Assembly (NCBI GenBank): GCA_027372455.1
Contig: DAHXJB010000282.1
Span: 1 to 35,836, forward strand
Direction of reading: 5' to 3'
DNA: 35,836 nucleotides
Origin: Chloroflexota bacterium
GTDB lineage: Bacteria; Chloroflexota; UBA6077
How positions within the stretch are numbered: position 1 is the stretch's first letter; the number at the start of each line of letters is the position of its first letter. Below are positions 8,021 to 16,628 of the stretch, piece after piece. Below the pieces are notes generated by a model that was not told the DNA's origin, ran no database searches, and saw only the letters and a program-made list of their open reading frames with translations. Position numbers and translations under genes: made by a program.

Positions 8021-8476
8021 ATGAAGGTTCTGCTCTTACAAGACGTCAAAGGGGTGGGTGATGCCGGCCAGATCAAAGAGGTCGCCGAGGGCTACGCCCG
8101 CAACTACCTGATCCCCAAGAAACTGGCGACCGCCGCCACCCCAGCCGCCCTCAAGGAGCACGAGCAGCGGCAGGCAGCCGAGAGGAAGCGACAGGCGGCG
8201 GTCGATAATGAGATGCGCGGTCTGGGCAAGAAGATCTCTGAGACTGCAGTCACCGTGCGCTCCAAAGTTGGTGAGGGCGGCAAGCTGTACGGCTCTATCA
8301 CTACCGGTGACGTGGCAGAGGCACTGGAGAAGCAGCTTGGACAGGCCGTGGACAGGCGAAAGATAGAGATCGAGGAGCCAATCCGGCACATCGGCGAGTA
8401 CAAGGTACCCGTCAAGCTCTCCAAGAACGTCAGCTCCACCGTCACCGTGATCGTCGAGGGCGAGGAAGGCGAGTAA
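8021..8476 (+). CDS. rplI: 50S ribosomal protein L9
   Basis: 151 aa starting [45 protein letters not shown]. Classic rplI-dnaB synteny. Confidence 0.9.
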   Translation: MKVLLLQDVKGVGDAGQIKEVAEGYARNYLIPKKLATAATPAALKEHEQRQAAERKRQAAVDNEMRGLGKKISETAVTVRSKVGEGGKLYGSITTGDVAEALEKQLGQAVDRRKIEIEEPIRHIGEYKVPVKLSKNVSSTVTVIVEGEEGE

Positions 8477-8487
8477 TCGAGGACTGA

Positions 8488-9870
8488 GTGCCCAACCCCC
8501 TGAGTGTGCCCATGGCCGTGGATAACGTCGACATCCAACATCCCATCGATCGTCTGCCACCTCAAAACCCCGAGGCGGAGGAAGCCGTCCTGGGTAGTCT
8601 CCTCATGGATCCCGAGGCGGTGGGCAAGATCTCCTCGTTCCTGAAGACGGAGGACTTCTACAGGGAGCGGAACGGCGTCATCTACTCGACCATGCTGGAG
8701 ATCTACAACCGCCACCAGCCGGTGGATTTCCTGACCGTCAGCGACGAACTGAAGAGGGCAGGCCGCTACGAGGAGGTGGGCGCTCTCGGCTATCTCTCCC
8801 ATCTAATCGGGGTCGTACCCACGGCGGTTCACGTGGAGCACTACGCCCGAATCGTCGAGCGCACCGCGGTCAAGCGCCGCCTGATCGCCGCCGCGGGAAA
8901 AATCGCCGCGGTCGCCTACGACGATACACTGGACCTGGACACCACCCTGGAGAAGGCCGAGCAGCTGCTCTTCAACGTCTCTCAGCGGCGGGTCACCAGG
9001 GATTTCGAGCCGCTGGGGGCGATACTGGGCGACTACCTGGAGGAGATGGAGTTGCGGGCGGCCGACGAGGAGGGCGGCCGCGGAATACCCAGCGGTTTTA
9101 TCGAGCTTGACAAGTACACGGGGGGCCTCCAGCGTTCGGATCTGGTGATAGTGGCGGCCCGTCCCAGCATGGGCAAGAGCACCTGGGCTTTGAACATCGT
9201 CCAGAACTCCGCCGTCCGGCACCACGCCACCTGCGCCGTCTTCAGCCTGGAGATGTCCAAGCAGCAGTTGGCCCACCGTCTCCTCTGCTCCGAGTCGGGC
9301 GTGGACGCCACCAAGCTGCGGCTGGGGATGATCAACGATTCCGAACAGCGCAAGCTTCACCACGCCTTCGAGCTACTTTCCGAGGCCCCCATCTACATCG
9401 ACGACACGCCCTCCATCAACCTGACGGAGCTTCGGTCCAAGGCGCGACGGCTCCATGCCGAGGTGGAGATCGATATGGTGGTGGTGGACTATCTGCAGCT
9501 GATCACCACCGGGCGTTCGGGGGACAACCGGGTGCAGGAGATATCCGAGATCTCCCGCTCGCTGAAGGCGCTGGCCCGGGAGCTGAACGCCCCGGTCATC
9601 GCCATCTCCCAGCTCTCTCGAGCCGTCGAGGCCCGCACACCCCACATCCCGATGCTCTCGGACCTGCGTGAATCCGGATCAATCGAACAGGATGCGGACA
9701 TCGTCCTCTTCATTTATCGCGAAGACATGTACAACAAGGACACGGACAAGAAGGGGATCGCCGACATCATCCTGGCCAAGCACCGAAACGGTCCCACCGG
9801 CCAGTTCTCCCTGCTGTTTCTGGACAAGTCTACCCGCTTCGTCGACCTGGAGGCGTACCGAAGTGAGTAA
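8488..9870 (+). CDS. dnaB: Replicative DNA helicase DnaB
   Basis: 460 aa with PPQNPEAEEAVLGSLLMDPEA at the N-terminus, Walker A ARPSMGKST, then VVVDYLQLI, ISQLSR and SGSIEQDADIV. Confidence 0.92.
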   Translation: MPNPLSVPMAVDNVDIQHPIDRLPPQNPEAEEAVLGSLLMDPEAVGKISSFLKTEDFYRERNGVIYSTMLEIYNRHQPVDFLTVSDELKRAGRYEEVGALGYLSHLIGVVPTAVHVEHYARIVERTAVKRRLIAAAGKIAAVAYDDTLDLDTTLEKAEQLLFNVSQRRVTRDFEPLGAILGDYLEEMELRAADEEGGRGIPSGFIELDKYTGGLQRSDLVIVAARPSMGKSTWALNIVQNSAVRHHATCAVFSLEMSKQQLAHRLLCSESGVDATKLRLGMINDSEQRKLHHAFELLSEAPIYIDDTPSINLTELRSKARRLHAEVEIDMVVVDYLQLITTGRSGDNRVQEISEISRSLKALARELNAPVIAISQLSRAVEARTPHIPMLSDLRESGSIEQDADIVLFIYREDMYNKDTDKKGIADIILAKHRNGPTGQFSLLFLDKSTRFVDLEAYRSE

Positions 9871-10591
9871 GGGGAGTTTTCACGGTTTTCCGGATCGGAT
9901 GCGCTACACCCCGGTGCCGAACGTCTTTTTCAGCTCGCTGCTGGCGGAGATCGACGACCTGGCGGAGTTGAAGGTTACGCTCCATCTGTTCCGCGCGCTG
10001 TATGAGAAGCGGGGTCTGCCCCACCTGGTCTGGCTGAGTGAGCTGTCGTCCGACCGGGTCCTGCTGACGGCCCTACGGGAGGATGGAACATCCTCACGTC
10101 AGCAGCGGCTGTTGGGAGCCCTCGATCGAGCCTGCGCTAGGGGCACCCTGCTTGGAGTTGCACTCCAGCAAGAGGAAGCCGAGGACCGCTGCTACCTGTT
10201 GAACACCGCGCTGAACAGGGAGTTGTTGAAACGGGTGGAGCGTGGGGAGCTGACGCTGGGCCAGGGGGCAGCCAGGGTAGACTGGGCGATGCTGCCGGAG
10301 CAACGGCACACGATTTTCGATCTCTACGAGCAGAACATCGGCCTGCTCACACCGCTGATCGCCGAGGAGCTGCAGCAGGCGGAGGAGGCCTATCCCTCGG
10401 ATTGGATCGAGGACGCCTTCCGCGAGGCGGTGAGCTACAATCGGCGCAACTGGCGCTACGTGCGCCGCATTCTGGAGAACTGGGCCACCGACGGGAGAGG
10501 TGAGGATGGAAAGGGTAAGCGATATCCTAAAGGGTCTGGGTCCCCTTCGAAGTACCTCGGGGGAAAATACGCCCACCTCCTCAAGAGATAG
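9863..10591 (+). CDS. DnaD-domain replication protein (replisome-organizer-like)
   Basis: The C-terminus IFDLYEQNIGLLTPLIAEELQQAEEAYPSDWIEDAFREAVSYNRRNWRYVRRILENW matches the DnaD/DnaB_2 domain pattern. GTG at 9863 has GGAGG 9 nt upstream and overlaps the dnaB stop by 8 nt. An alternative ATG lies at 9899. I reject the track's longer 9668 start because it would overlap dnaB by 200 nt. Confidence 0.7.
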   Translation: MSKGSFHGFPDRMRYTPVPNVFFSSLLAEIDDLAELKVTLHLFRALYEKRGLPHLVWLSELSSDRVLLTALREDGTSSRQQRLLGALDRACARGTLLGVALQQEEAEDRCYLLNTALNRELLKRVERGELTLGQGAARVDWAMLPEQRHTIFDLYEQNIGLLTPLIAEELQQAEEAYPSDWIEDAFREAVSYNRRNWRYVRRILENWATDGRGEDGKGKRYPKGSGSPSKYLGGKYAHLLKR

Positions 10592-11927
10592 CGACGGCCC
10601 CGAGGAGGAGCCCTTCTGCCCCCTCTGCAAGGGAGCGGGATTCCTCCGCCTCGACGTCCCTCCAGTCCATCCCGATTCCGGCAAGCTAGTGCCGTGTAGC
10701 TGCCGGTCGGGGGTAGTCAGCCGGGAGAGACGGGAGAGGCTGCAGCGGCTCAGCAACCTGGGACCGCTGATCCGTCTCACCTTCGAAAACCTGATCAAGG
10801 ATGGACGAAGCCCGGATCCACGAGGTCGGGAGCGTTTCAATCGGGCCTACAGCCTCTGCCGGGAGTACGCCTCGACACCCGAGGGGTGGTTGGTGCTGCT
10901 GGGTCCCAGCGGCTGCGGCAAGACCCACCTCGCCGCGGCAATCGCCAACGAGCGGCTCCAGGCGGGCGAGCAGCCGCTCTTCGTGGTGGTACCCGACCTG
11001 CTGGACCATCTGCGATCCTCCTTCAGCCCCAACAGCGAAACATCCTACGACGAGCTGTTCGAGAACGTGAAGGCTGCTCCCATTCTTATCCTGGACGACC
11101 TCGGCACCCAGAGCGCCACCCCGTGGGCCCAGGAGAAGCTGTTTCAGATCTTCAACCATCGTTTCAACGCCCAACTCCCCACCGTGATCACCTGCAACCG
11201 GCCGTTGGAGGAGGTGGAGGAGCGGCTGCGATCCCGGATGACGGACCCGACCCTGTGCAAGGTGTGCACGGTGGAGGAGCGTCAGTCGGCCGCGCAGGAG
11301 AGCCTGGGGGGGGAGCTACCGGAGCTGCTGAAGGGAATGACCTTCGACAACTTCGACCGCAAGGGGCAGGCGGTAGATGAACAAGCGCTGGATAGCCTGC
11401 ATGAAGCCCACAAGCTCGCGAGGGAGTTCGCCGAGGAACCCCATCTGTGGCTGGTGTTGCTCGGTCCCACCGGCTGTGGCAAGACCCATCTGGCAGCGGC
11501 CATCGCCAATCAGCTGCTTGGGCAGGGTAGGGCAGCATCCTTCGTGGTGGTTCCCGACCTGCTGGACCATCTCCGATCCGCCTACAGTCCCGACAGCAAG
11601 ATCCCCTACGACGAGCTGTTCGAGGCGATCCGCACCGCTCCACTGTTGATCCTGGACGACCTGGGTGCACACAGCAGCACGCCCTGGGCCGCGGAGAAGC
11701 TGTTCCAGCTGATCAACCACCGATACAATCACCGCCTGCCCACGGTTATCACCACCAACCTGACAATGGACGAACTGGATAGCCTGGACGAGCGGCTGGC
11801 GTCAAGATTGGCTGATCTGAAGGTCAGCACCCTCTGCCCCATTTCGGCCCCCAGCTACCGCGCGACTCCACAACCAAGAGGTGAGAGGCGAAAATCGCCC
11901 GGCAACAGGGGAACAGGGCGAAGATAG
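10506..11927 (+). CDS. Helicase-loader-like ATPase with two tandem DnaC/IstB-type AAA+ modules and an N-terminal CxxCxGxG zinc knuckle
   Basis: Two colinear modules. Module 1 has GPSGCGKTHLAAAIAN and ILILDDLG. Module 2 has GPTGCGKTHLAAAIAN and LLILDDLG. N-terminal CPLCKGAG...PCSC. ATG 10506 (or GTG 10500) is preceded by GGGAGAGG. There is no in-frame start between 10507 and the zinc knuckle. Confidence 0.8.
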   Translation: MERVSDILKGLGPLRSTSGENTPTSSRDSDGPEEEPFCPLCKGAGFLRLDVPPVHPDSGKLVPCSCRSGVVSRERRERLQRLSNLGPLIRLTFENLIKDGRSPDPRGRERFNRAYSLCREYASTPEGWLVLLGPSGCGKTHLAAAIANERLQAGEQPLFVVVPDLLDHLRSSFSPNSETSYDELFENVKAAPILILDDLGTQSATPWAQEKLFQIFNHRFNAQLPTVITCNRPLEEVEERLRSRMTDPTLCKVCTVEERQSAAQESLGGELPELLKGMTFDNFDRKGQAVDEQALDSLHEAHKLAREFAEEPHLWLVLLGPTGCGKTHLAAAIANQLLGQGRAASFVVVPDLLDHLRSAYSPDSKIPYDELFEAIRTAPLLILDDLGAHSSTPWAAEKLFQLINHRYNHRLPTVITTNLTMDELDSLDERLASRLADLKVSTLCPISAPSYRATPQPRGERRKSPGNRGTGRR

Positions 11928-11986
11928 CCGTGGCAGGTGAACTCGCCGTCCCGTCCCCCTGTTGACCCAGCAGGCGAAAAGCCGCT

Positions 11987-12021
11987 GATCCCGCCCGCAT
12001 CAATGCGATGCGGGCGGGATC
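11987..12021. terminator. Perfect 15-bp hairpin between convergent genes (candidate bidirectional terminator)
   Basis: GATCCCGCCCGCATC, loop aatgc, GATGCGGGCGGGATC. It overlaps the stop codon of the LysM gene and lies 60 nt after the loader-gene stop. There is no clear U-tract. Confidence 0.4.
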
Positions 12022-12689
12022 ACCAACGTCTGCCCGACCCGCAGTGAGCTCTTATTGGCCAGGTTGTTGGCCTTCACCAGATCGTCCACCGTGGTCCCGA
12101 ATGTTTTGGCCAGCGAGTAGAGGTTGTCCCCCTCCTTGACCGTATATACCTTTGCGGCCGCGGATCCGGGAGCAGCTCCCGAAGTGGTCGTTGGCCTTGC
12201 GGTAGCGGAGGCCGAGGGGGTGGTTGCCGGTCGGGGCGTGGAGTTGGTGGGCGCGGCAGGAGCCCGGGATGGGTAAACCGGTAGCCGCGCGGCCGGCGTC
12301 GAAGTTTCCACGGGGCCGGCCGTGGGAGCGATCTTTCCGGCCTCGGAGGTGGAGGGCAGCAGCAGCGACCATGGCCTGACAACTAACAGGATCAGTCCCA
12401 CCGCCAGGATCAGCACCACCAGGCTCAGCCGTCCAGCCAACTTCGTGGGGAGGTAGAGTCTCTGGCCTCGATCCGGATGGCCGTCCGCGGATGCGAACCA
12501 GGCGCATTCACAAAAGGAGGGGGAAAGACAGTAGTCGCGCTGCTGCTGCTCGTCCACCGGCTTGGGCGTGGGCCAGCGGAAGCAACGGTGGGAGGAGGTG
12601 AGAAAGGAACAGCTGATCGATGGATCGCTGGCAAGCCCCAGGTATGGACACCCTCGCGGGGAGTCGCTTTCGCTCTCTCTGTCGACCAC
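12000..12689 (-). CDS. LysM peptidoglycan-binding membrane protein
   Basis: 229 aa. C-terminal LysM domain YTVKEGDNLYSLAKTFGTTVDDLVKANNLANKSSLRVGQTLVIP. Central TM helix LSLVVLILAVGLILLVV. Pro/Thr/Ala-rich linker. Cys-rich N-terminus. Confidence 0.75.
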   Translation of the reverse strand: MVDRESESDSPRGCPYLGLASDPSISCSFLTSSHRCFRWPTPKPVDEQQQRDYCLSPSFCECAWFASADGHPDRGQRLYLPTKLAGRLSLVVLILAVGLILLVVRPWSLLLPSTSEAGKIAPTAGPVETSTPAARLPVYPSRAPAAPTNSTPRPATTPSASATARPTTTSGAAPGSAAAKVYTVKEGDNLYSLAKTFGTTVDDLVKANNLANKSSLRVGQTLVIPPASH

Positions 12690-12938
12690 GAGTCAGGGCA
12701 CTCCGCTCGAAAAGGTGAAACAGCGGTATCCGCGGGCCGATGGCCTAGTCCTTCAGTTGTACATCCCTGGCCGTCATTGCTGAGCACTCCAAGTTGGAAG
12801 GTGACGGAGGCGCAATGCGGTACGTCGATTGGCCGCATTATACTCCTGCTCACCCGGTGAAGGACCATTCTTTCCTGGGGGAATGGGCACAATACCTGCG
12901 CAGGGCAACGACAGACTCTGAGGGGCGGCATATTCCCG

Positions 12939-12967
12939 TTGAACGACCGGAGAACGAGTGTTAGAAT
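12939..12967 (+). promoter_or_regulatory. Candidate promoter for the HNH gene (TTGAAC-17-TGtTAGAAT)
   Basis: TTGAAC at 12939-12944, a 17-nt spacer ending in TGt, then TAGAAT at 12962-12967, 48 nt upstream of ATG 13015. Confidence 0.5.
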
Positions 12968-13014
12968 TGTTTATGGCAGTGGAGTTAGTTCACTGTTGGG
13001 GGGTAGGACTCACC

Positions 13015-13527
13015 ATGGAGTCTGTCTTAGTCTTGAATCAGAACTACGAGCCGCTCAACATCTGCAACACGAGGCGTGCCCTAGTCCTTGTGGACGGTGG
13101 AAAAGCCGAGGTGCTGGAGCATGGTGCGGGGGGTATCCAGACCCCCTCCCGCACCTTTGCGAAGCCTTCCGTCATCCGTCTGGTCTATCTGATCAAGCGC
13201 CCCCGGCCCAGGGTGAAGCTATCCAGGAGAGAGATCTTCCATCGCGACCATCACACCTGTCAGTACTGCGGCATCAAAGGCAAGGATCTGACCATAGACC
13301 ATGTGGTGCCACGCCACAAGGGTGGCAGGCACAGCTGGGAAAACCTGGTCAGCGCCTGCCGGAGCTGCAACCATCGCAAAGGCGGCAAGACGCTGGAAGA
13401 AAGCAGAATGAAGCTGCTTCGACTCCCCTTCGAGCCGAGGAACAACAGCTACTACATCCTGTACCAGCACCTGCAGAGCTACGACGGATGGTCCAAGTTC
13501 GTCCCCGAATGGGAAAGGATGGACTGA
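13015..13527 (+). CDS. HNH endonuclease (small McrA-like family)
   Basis: HRDHHTCQYCG...LTIDHVVPRHKGGRHSWENLVSACRSCNHRK is a full HNH/CxxC motif set. I chose the start at MESVLVLNQNYEPL (ATG 13015, G-rich SD) rather than the track start at 12958. Confidence 0.8.
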   Translation: MESVLVLNQNYEPLNICNTRRALVLVDGGKAEVLEHGAGGIQTPSRTFAKPSVIRLVYLIKRPRPRVKLSRREIFHRDHHTCQYCGIKGKDLTIDHVVPRHKGGRHSWENLVSACRSCNHRKGGKTLEESRMKLLRLPFEPRNNSYYILYQHLQSYDGWSKFVPEWERMD

Positions 13528-13569
13528 ATGACCCGCTCGAAAGTGCCGCATGGTTGCCGGATGCGCTAC

Positions 13570-14232
13570 TCAGGTGGTGCCCAGCAGCGCATTGCGCAGG
13601 TCGGTCTCCCGCTCTGGCCTGCAGAGCGCAATCACCTCATCCCCCTCCAGAAGGACCAACGAGCCTGAAGGGATAAGGAACGATCCCCCTCGGATGACAA
13701 CCGCGATCGAGGACTCGAGCGGAAGTGCCAAATCTCCGATGCTCTTCCCCGCGGCTCTCGCCCCGGGATTAAGCACGGCCTCTACGATCTCCACCCCCAT
13801 CCGTTGTATCGCCAGCAGATGAAGTAGCGCCCTCCGCGGCATCTCGTGTTCGATCATAGTCATCAAGATGTTCGTGGCACTGACGGTCACGTCAATACCC
13901 AGAAGACGGAAAATGCTCTCGTTCTTGGGATTGTTCACCCTGGCGATGGTCCTCGGCACCCCGAAGTGGTTCTTTGCCAACTGGCACGAGACGAGATTGT
14001 CCTCATCGTCTCCCGTCACCGCCACCAACACGTCGCTACGCGCGACCCCAGCCTCCTGCAGGGTGGAAACCTCGCAACCATCCCCCTTCAGGGCGACGTT
14101 TCCGAGGTACTCGACGATCTCATCGACCCTCTCCGCGTTTCTCTCGATCAACAACGCCTCGTGGCCCTGCTCCAGCAACTCTTTAGTGAGGTAGTATCCA
14201 ACCTTTCCGCCACCGACAACGACGATATACAT
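13570..14232 (-). CDS. TrkA/KtrA-family K+ transport regulatory protein (RCK_N + RCK_C)
   Basis: 220 aa starting MYIVVVGGGKVGYYLTKELLEQGHEALLIE (a GxGxxG Rossmann motif), with a C-terminal RCK_C-like segment. Confidence 0.85.
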   Translation of the reverse strand: MYIVVVGGGKVGYYLTKELLEQGHEALLIERNAERVDEIVEYLGNVALKGDGCEVSTLQEAGVARSDVLVAVTGDDEDNLVSCQLAKNHFGVPRTIARVNNPKNESIFRLLGIDVTVSATNILMTMIEHEMPRRALLHLLAIQRMGVEIVEAVLNPGARAAGKSIGDLALPLESSIAVVIRGGSFLIPSGSLVLLEGDEVIALCRPERETDLRNALLGTT

Positions 14233-14637
14233 CTACTTCTTCCCCAAGATCATCTCGTGAAGCAATCGGGCGCCAACCAGCGTCGGGCAATAGGTCTTCA
14301 GACCCAGCTTCTCGTAGATCTCGGCGCGCCCCGGATCGTAGGTACGAGCGATCACAATGGGCACGTTGAAGACCTTCTGAGCGATCTGCGCAGACATGAT
14401 GTTACGGTTGTCGCCTTCGGTAGTGGCAACGAAGACATCCGCATGTTCCACGCCGCCACGTCTTAACACATCCTCGTCGATGCCGGTGCCCAGCACCGTC
14501 TTTCCACCGAACTCCGGACGAAGGCGCCGAAAAGAGGCGCTGTTGCGGTCGATCACAGTCACCTGATGGCCTTCGGAGTCAAGCTCATTGGCCAGGCGAC
14601 TTCCAACTCGCCCGCACCCCATGACGATTACCTTCAT
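14233..14637 (-). CDS. TrkA-N (RCK_N only) domain protein
   Basis: 134 aa starting MKVIVMGCGRVGSRLANELDSEGHQVTVID. Its stop abuts the start of the next trkA-like gene with no spacer. Confidence 0.8.
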   Translation of the reverse strand: MKVIVMGCGRVGSRLANELDSEGHQVTVIDRNSASFRRLRPEFGGKTVLGTGIDEDVLRRGGVEHADVFVATTEGDNRNIMSAQIAQKVFNVPIVIARTYDPGRAEIYEKLGLKTYCPTLVGARLLHEMILGKK

Positions 14638-14684
14638 TCCTCCCCCTCTCCTTCCCGGCCCCGGACCGGGCGCTCAACAGCAAG

Positions 14685-15113
14685 CTAATGAATGGGTTCC
14701 CTACACACACACACCCTGCAGGTCGCGTTCTTGAGAACGTACAGCACGGTGCTGCCCATGTAGAACTGGTCGTACTGCTTGCGGTACCTCAAACCCAAGA
14801 CGATCAGATCGACTCCCCGACGCTCGGCCTCTTCCACTATTGCCGTTCCGGCGTCCCGCGCCTGCAGGACCTCCGTCTCGATGTCCTGCTTGGATCGGCG
14901 AGCCACCTCCTCAGCTTTCTGGAGGATGCTCTCCCCCTTCTCCACCTCCGCCGGCAAGTCGATCTCCAAAGGTAGCGTCCGCTTCACTTCGATAACGTAC
15001 ACCGAGTACAACCTGGCGTGACTGCGCCTGGCCAAATCCGCCGCGTAAGCCACCATCTCCTCATCGAGAGCGTTACCGGCTACCGGGACCAGGATCCTAC
15101 CCGGATTCAACAC
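14685..15113 (-). CDS. Universal stress protein (UspA family)
   Basis: 142 aa with ILVPVAGNALDEEMVAYAADLA near the N-terminus and VDLIVLGLRYR...GSTVLYVLKNATCRV. GTG start is preceded by GAGGTGGGAAGG. Confidence 0.85.
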   Translation of the reverse strand: MLNPGRILVPVAGNALDEEMVAYAADLARRSHARLYSVYVIEVKRTLPLEIDLPAEVEKGESILQKAEEVARRSKQDIETEVLQARDAGTAIVEEAERRGVDLIVLGLRYRKQYDQFYMGSTVLYVLKNATCRVCVCREPIH

Positions 15114-15193
15114 CTTCCCACCTCACGATCAACCGCGGCAACCCATGTACGGGTCCACCGTGTGCTTCAGGTGATCGCCGCGCAGAATGCGAA

Positions 15194-15223
15194 ATTCTAT
15201 CCGCCAGCGTGCCACCTTGTCAA
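15194..15223 (-). promoter_or_regulatory. Candidate promoter for usp-trkA operon (TTGACA-18-TAGAAT)
   Basis: Minus strand has consensus TTGACA (15218-15223), an 18-nt spacer, then TAGAAT (15194-15199), about 80 nt upstream of the usp start. Confidence 0.55.
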
Positions 15224-15345
15224 AGACGGATCATCTGCACACTTCTTGTCATCCAGCCGGGAAAGAGGTTAGTTCACGACTTCACCGTCACGGATGCTCC
15301 GGTCCGCATGTACCGGGAAAGCAGGGAGAGATCAGGATGCCCACT

Positions 15346-16551
15346 CTAACCGTTGAGGCTATCTGGCCAGCCGGCAAGGGTCACCGTCACATCCTGGTTC
15401 GCGCCGTTCCTGAGAATAGTGAGCTTCACGGTGTCGCCCGACTTCTTGGTGTCGAGGTAGGAGGAGATGTCTCCCAGCTTGTTCACCTTCCGACCGTCCA
15501 CAGCGAGGATCACGTCTCCCCCGGTCGGGAGCTCGCCGCCGGATGTGGACTCCGAACCCAGGCTGCCGCCCTTCAGTCCCGCGTTTGCCGCGGGACTATT
15601 GGGCACCACCTGCACCACATAGACGCCACCGGCAGGAACACCCAGCTGCTGGGCGACACTGTCTGTCACCGCCACACCCGATATGCCCAACCACGGGTGC
15701 GAGATCGGCTTGCCCGCCTCCAAATCGGCGAGCTCGGCCTGGGCGGTATTAATGGGTACCGCGAAGCCGATACCCACAAAGCCACCCGTCGGGCTCTCGA
15801 TCGCGGTGGTGACACCGATCACCTCGCCACTTGAGTTGAGCAGGGCTCCGCCAGAGTTGCCGGGGTTGATGGCAGCGTCGGTCTGGATCATGTTGCGGAT
15901 CGGCCGGCCGTTGCTGCTTTCCGAGTAGGCGCGCCCCACCGCGCTGATCACCCCCACGGTGACGGTTCGATCCAGGTCAAAAGGGTTGCCTATGGCGATA
16001 GCCATCTGCCCCGGTTTGAGCTTGCTGGAGTCACCCAGGGTGGCGACGGTCAGCTTCGACTTGTCCACGTCTATCTTCACGATGGCTAGATCATTGGCAG
16101 GGTCGTGTCCCACCAGTTTTCCTGGAACGGTGCTACCATCGAAGAGCGTGACCTGCAGGCTCGTGGCACCGTCCACGACGTGGTTGTTGGTGAGGATGTG
16201 ACCCTGGTCATCGATGATGATGCCCGAGCCCGTGCCCACCGAGGGGCCCGGCTGAGGCAGCGGGATGTTCGGAAAGCCGGGGATGTGAGGCGACGAATGC
16301 TGGCTAGGAGGAGTCTGCCCCTGGCTGGTGATGGTGACTATCGCGGGACTAACCTTCTCGACGATTGCCTCCACGTTGTTCTCATCGAATAGGCTTGCCC
16401 CGGTCGGGCTGGAGGAACTGCTCGACGCCGCGCTGGCTACAGCCGGCACCCCGGCTGCACTTGGCCGCACCTCCATATATCCGATTATCAAGGCAGCTCC
16501 GACCACCATGGCCAACAATACCACGACGAAGTTCTTCAATAGCGAAGTCAC
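15346..16551 (-). CDS. HtrA/DegP-family serine protease with PDZ domain
   Basis: 401 aa. N-terminal TM helix. Catalytic contexts TNNHVV (His), DLAIVK (Asp) and GNSGGAL (Ser). C-terminal PDZ-like segment. GGAGGT SD. Confidence 0.88.
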   Translation of the reverse strand: MTSLLKNFVVVLLAMVVGAALIIGYMEVRPSAAGVPAVASAASSSSSSPTGASLFDENNVEAIVEKVSPAIVTITSQGQTPPSQHSSPHIPGFPNIPLPQPGPSVGTGSGIIIDDQGHILTNNHVVDGATSLQVTLFDGSTVPGKLVGHDPANDLAIVKIDVDKSKLTVATLGDSSKLKPGQMAIAIGNPFDLDRTVTVGVISAVGRAYSESSNGRPIRNMIQTDAAINPGNSGGALLNSSGEVIGVTTAIESPTGGFVGIGFAVPINTAQAELADLEAGKPISHPWLGISGVAVTDSVAQQLGVPAGGVYVVQVVPNSPAANAGLKGGSLGSESTSGGELPTGGDVILAVDGRKVNKLGDISSYLDTKKSGDTVKLTILRNGANQDVTVTLAGWPDSLNG

Positions 16552-16619
16552 AGCCGTTACCTCCGCGCTAAATCCAGCTTCACGATTCGGAGCACCCTAC
16601 CGGTCCTCTTCGTGACCCC

Positions 16620-16628
16620 ATACTATCA
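16620..16628 (-). promoter_or_regulatory. Candidate extended -10 promoter for htrA-like gene (TGaTAGTAT)
   Basis: Minus-strand TGATAGTAT about 70 nt upstream of the GTG start. Confidence 0.35.

Noticed and set aside
9668-9862. Longer start for the DnaD-like ORF, overlapping dnaB by 200 nt
   Set aside because: The overlapping part (MNPDQSNRMRTSSSSFIAKTCTTRTRTRRG...) looks like an out-of-frame shadow of dnaB. GTG 9863 has a GGAGG SD and gives normal stop-start coupling.
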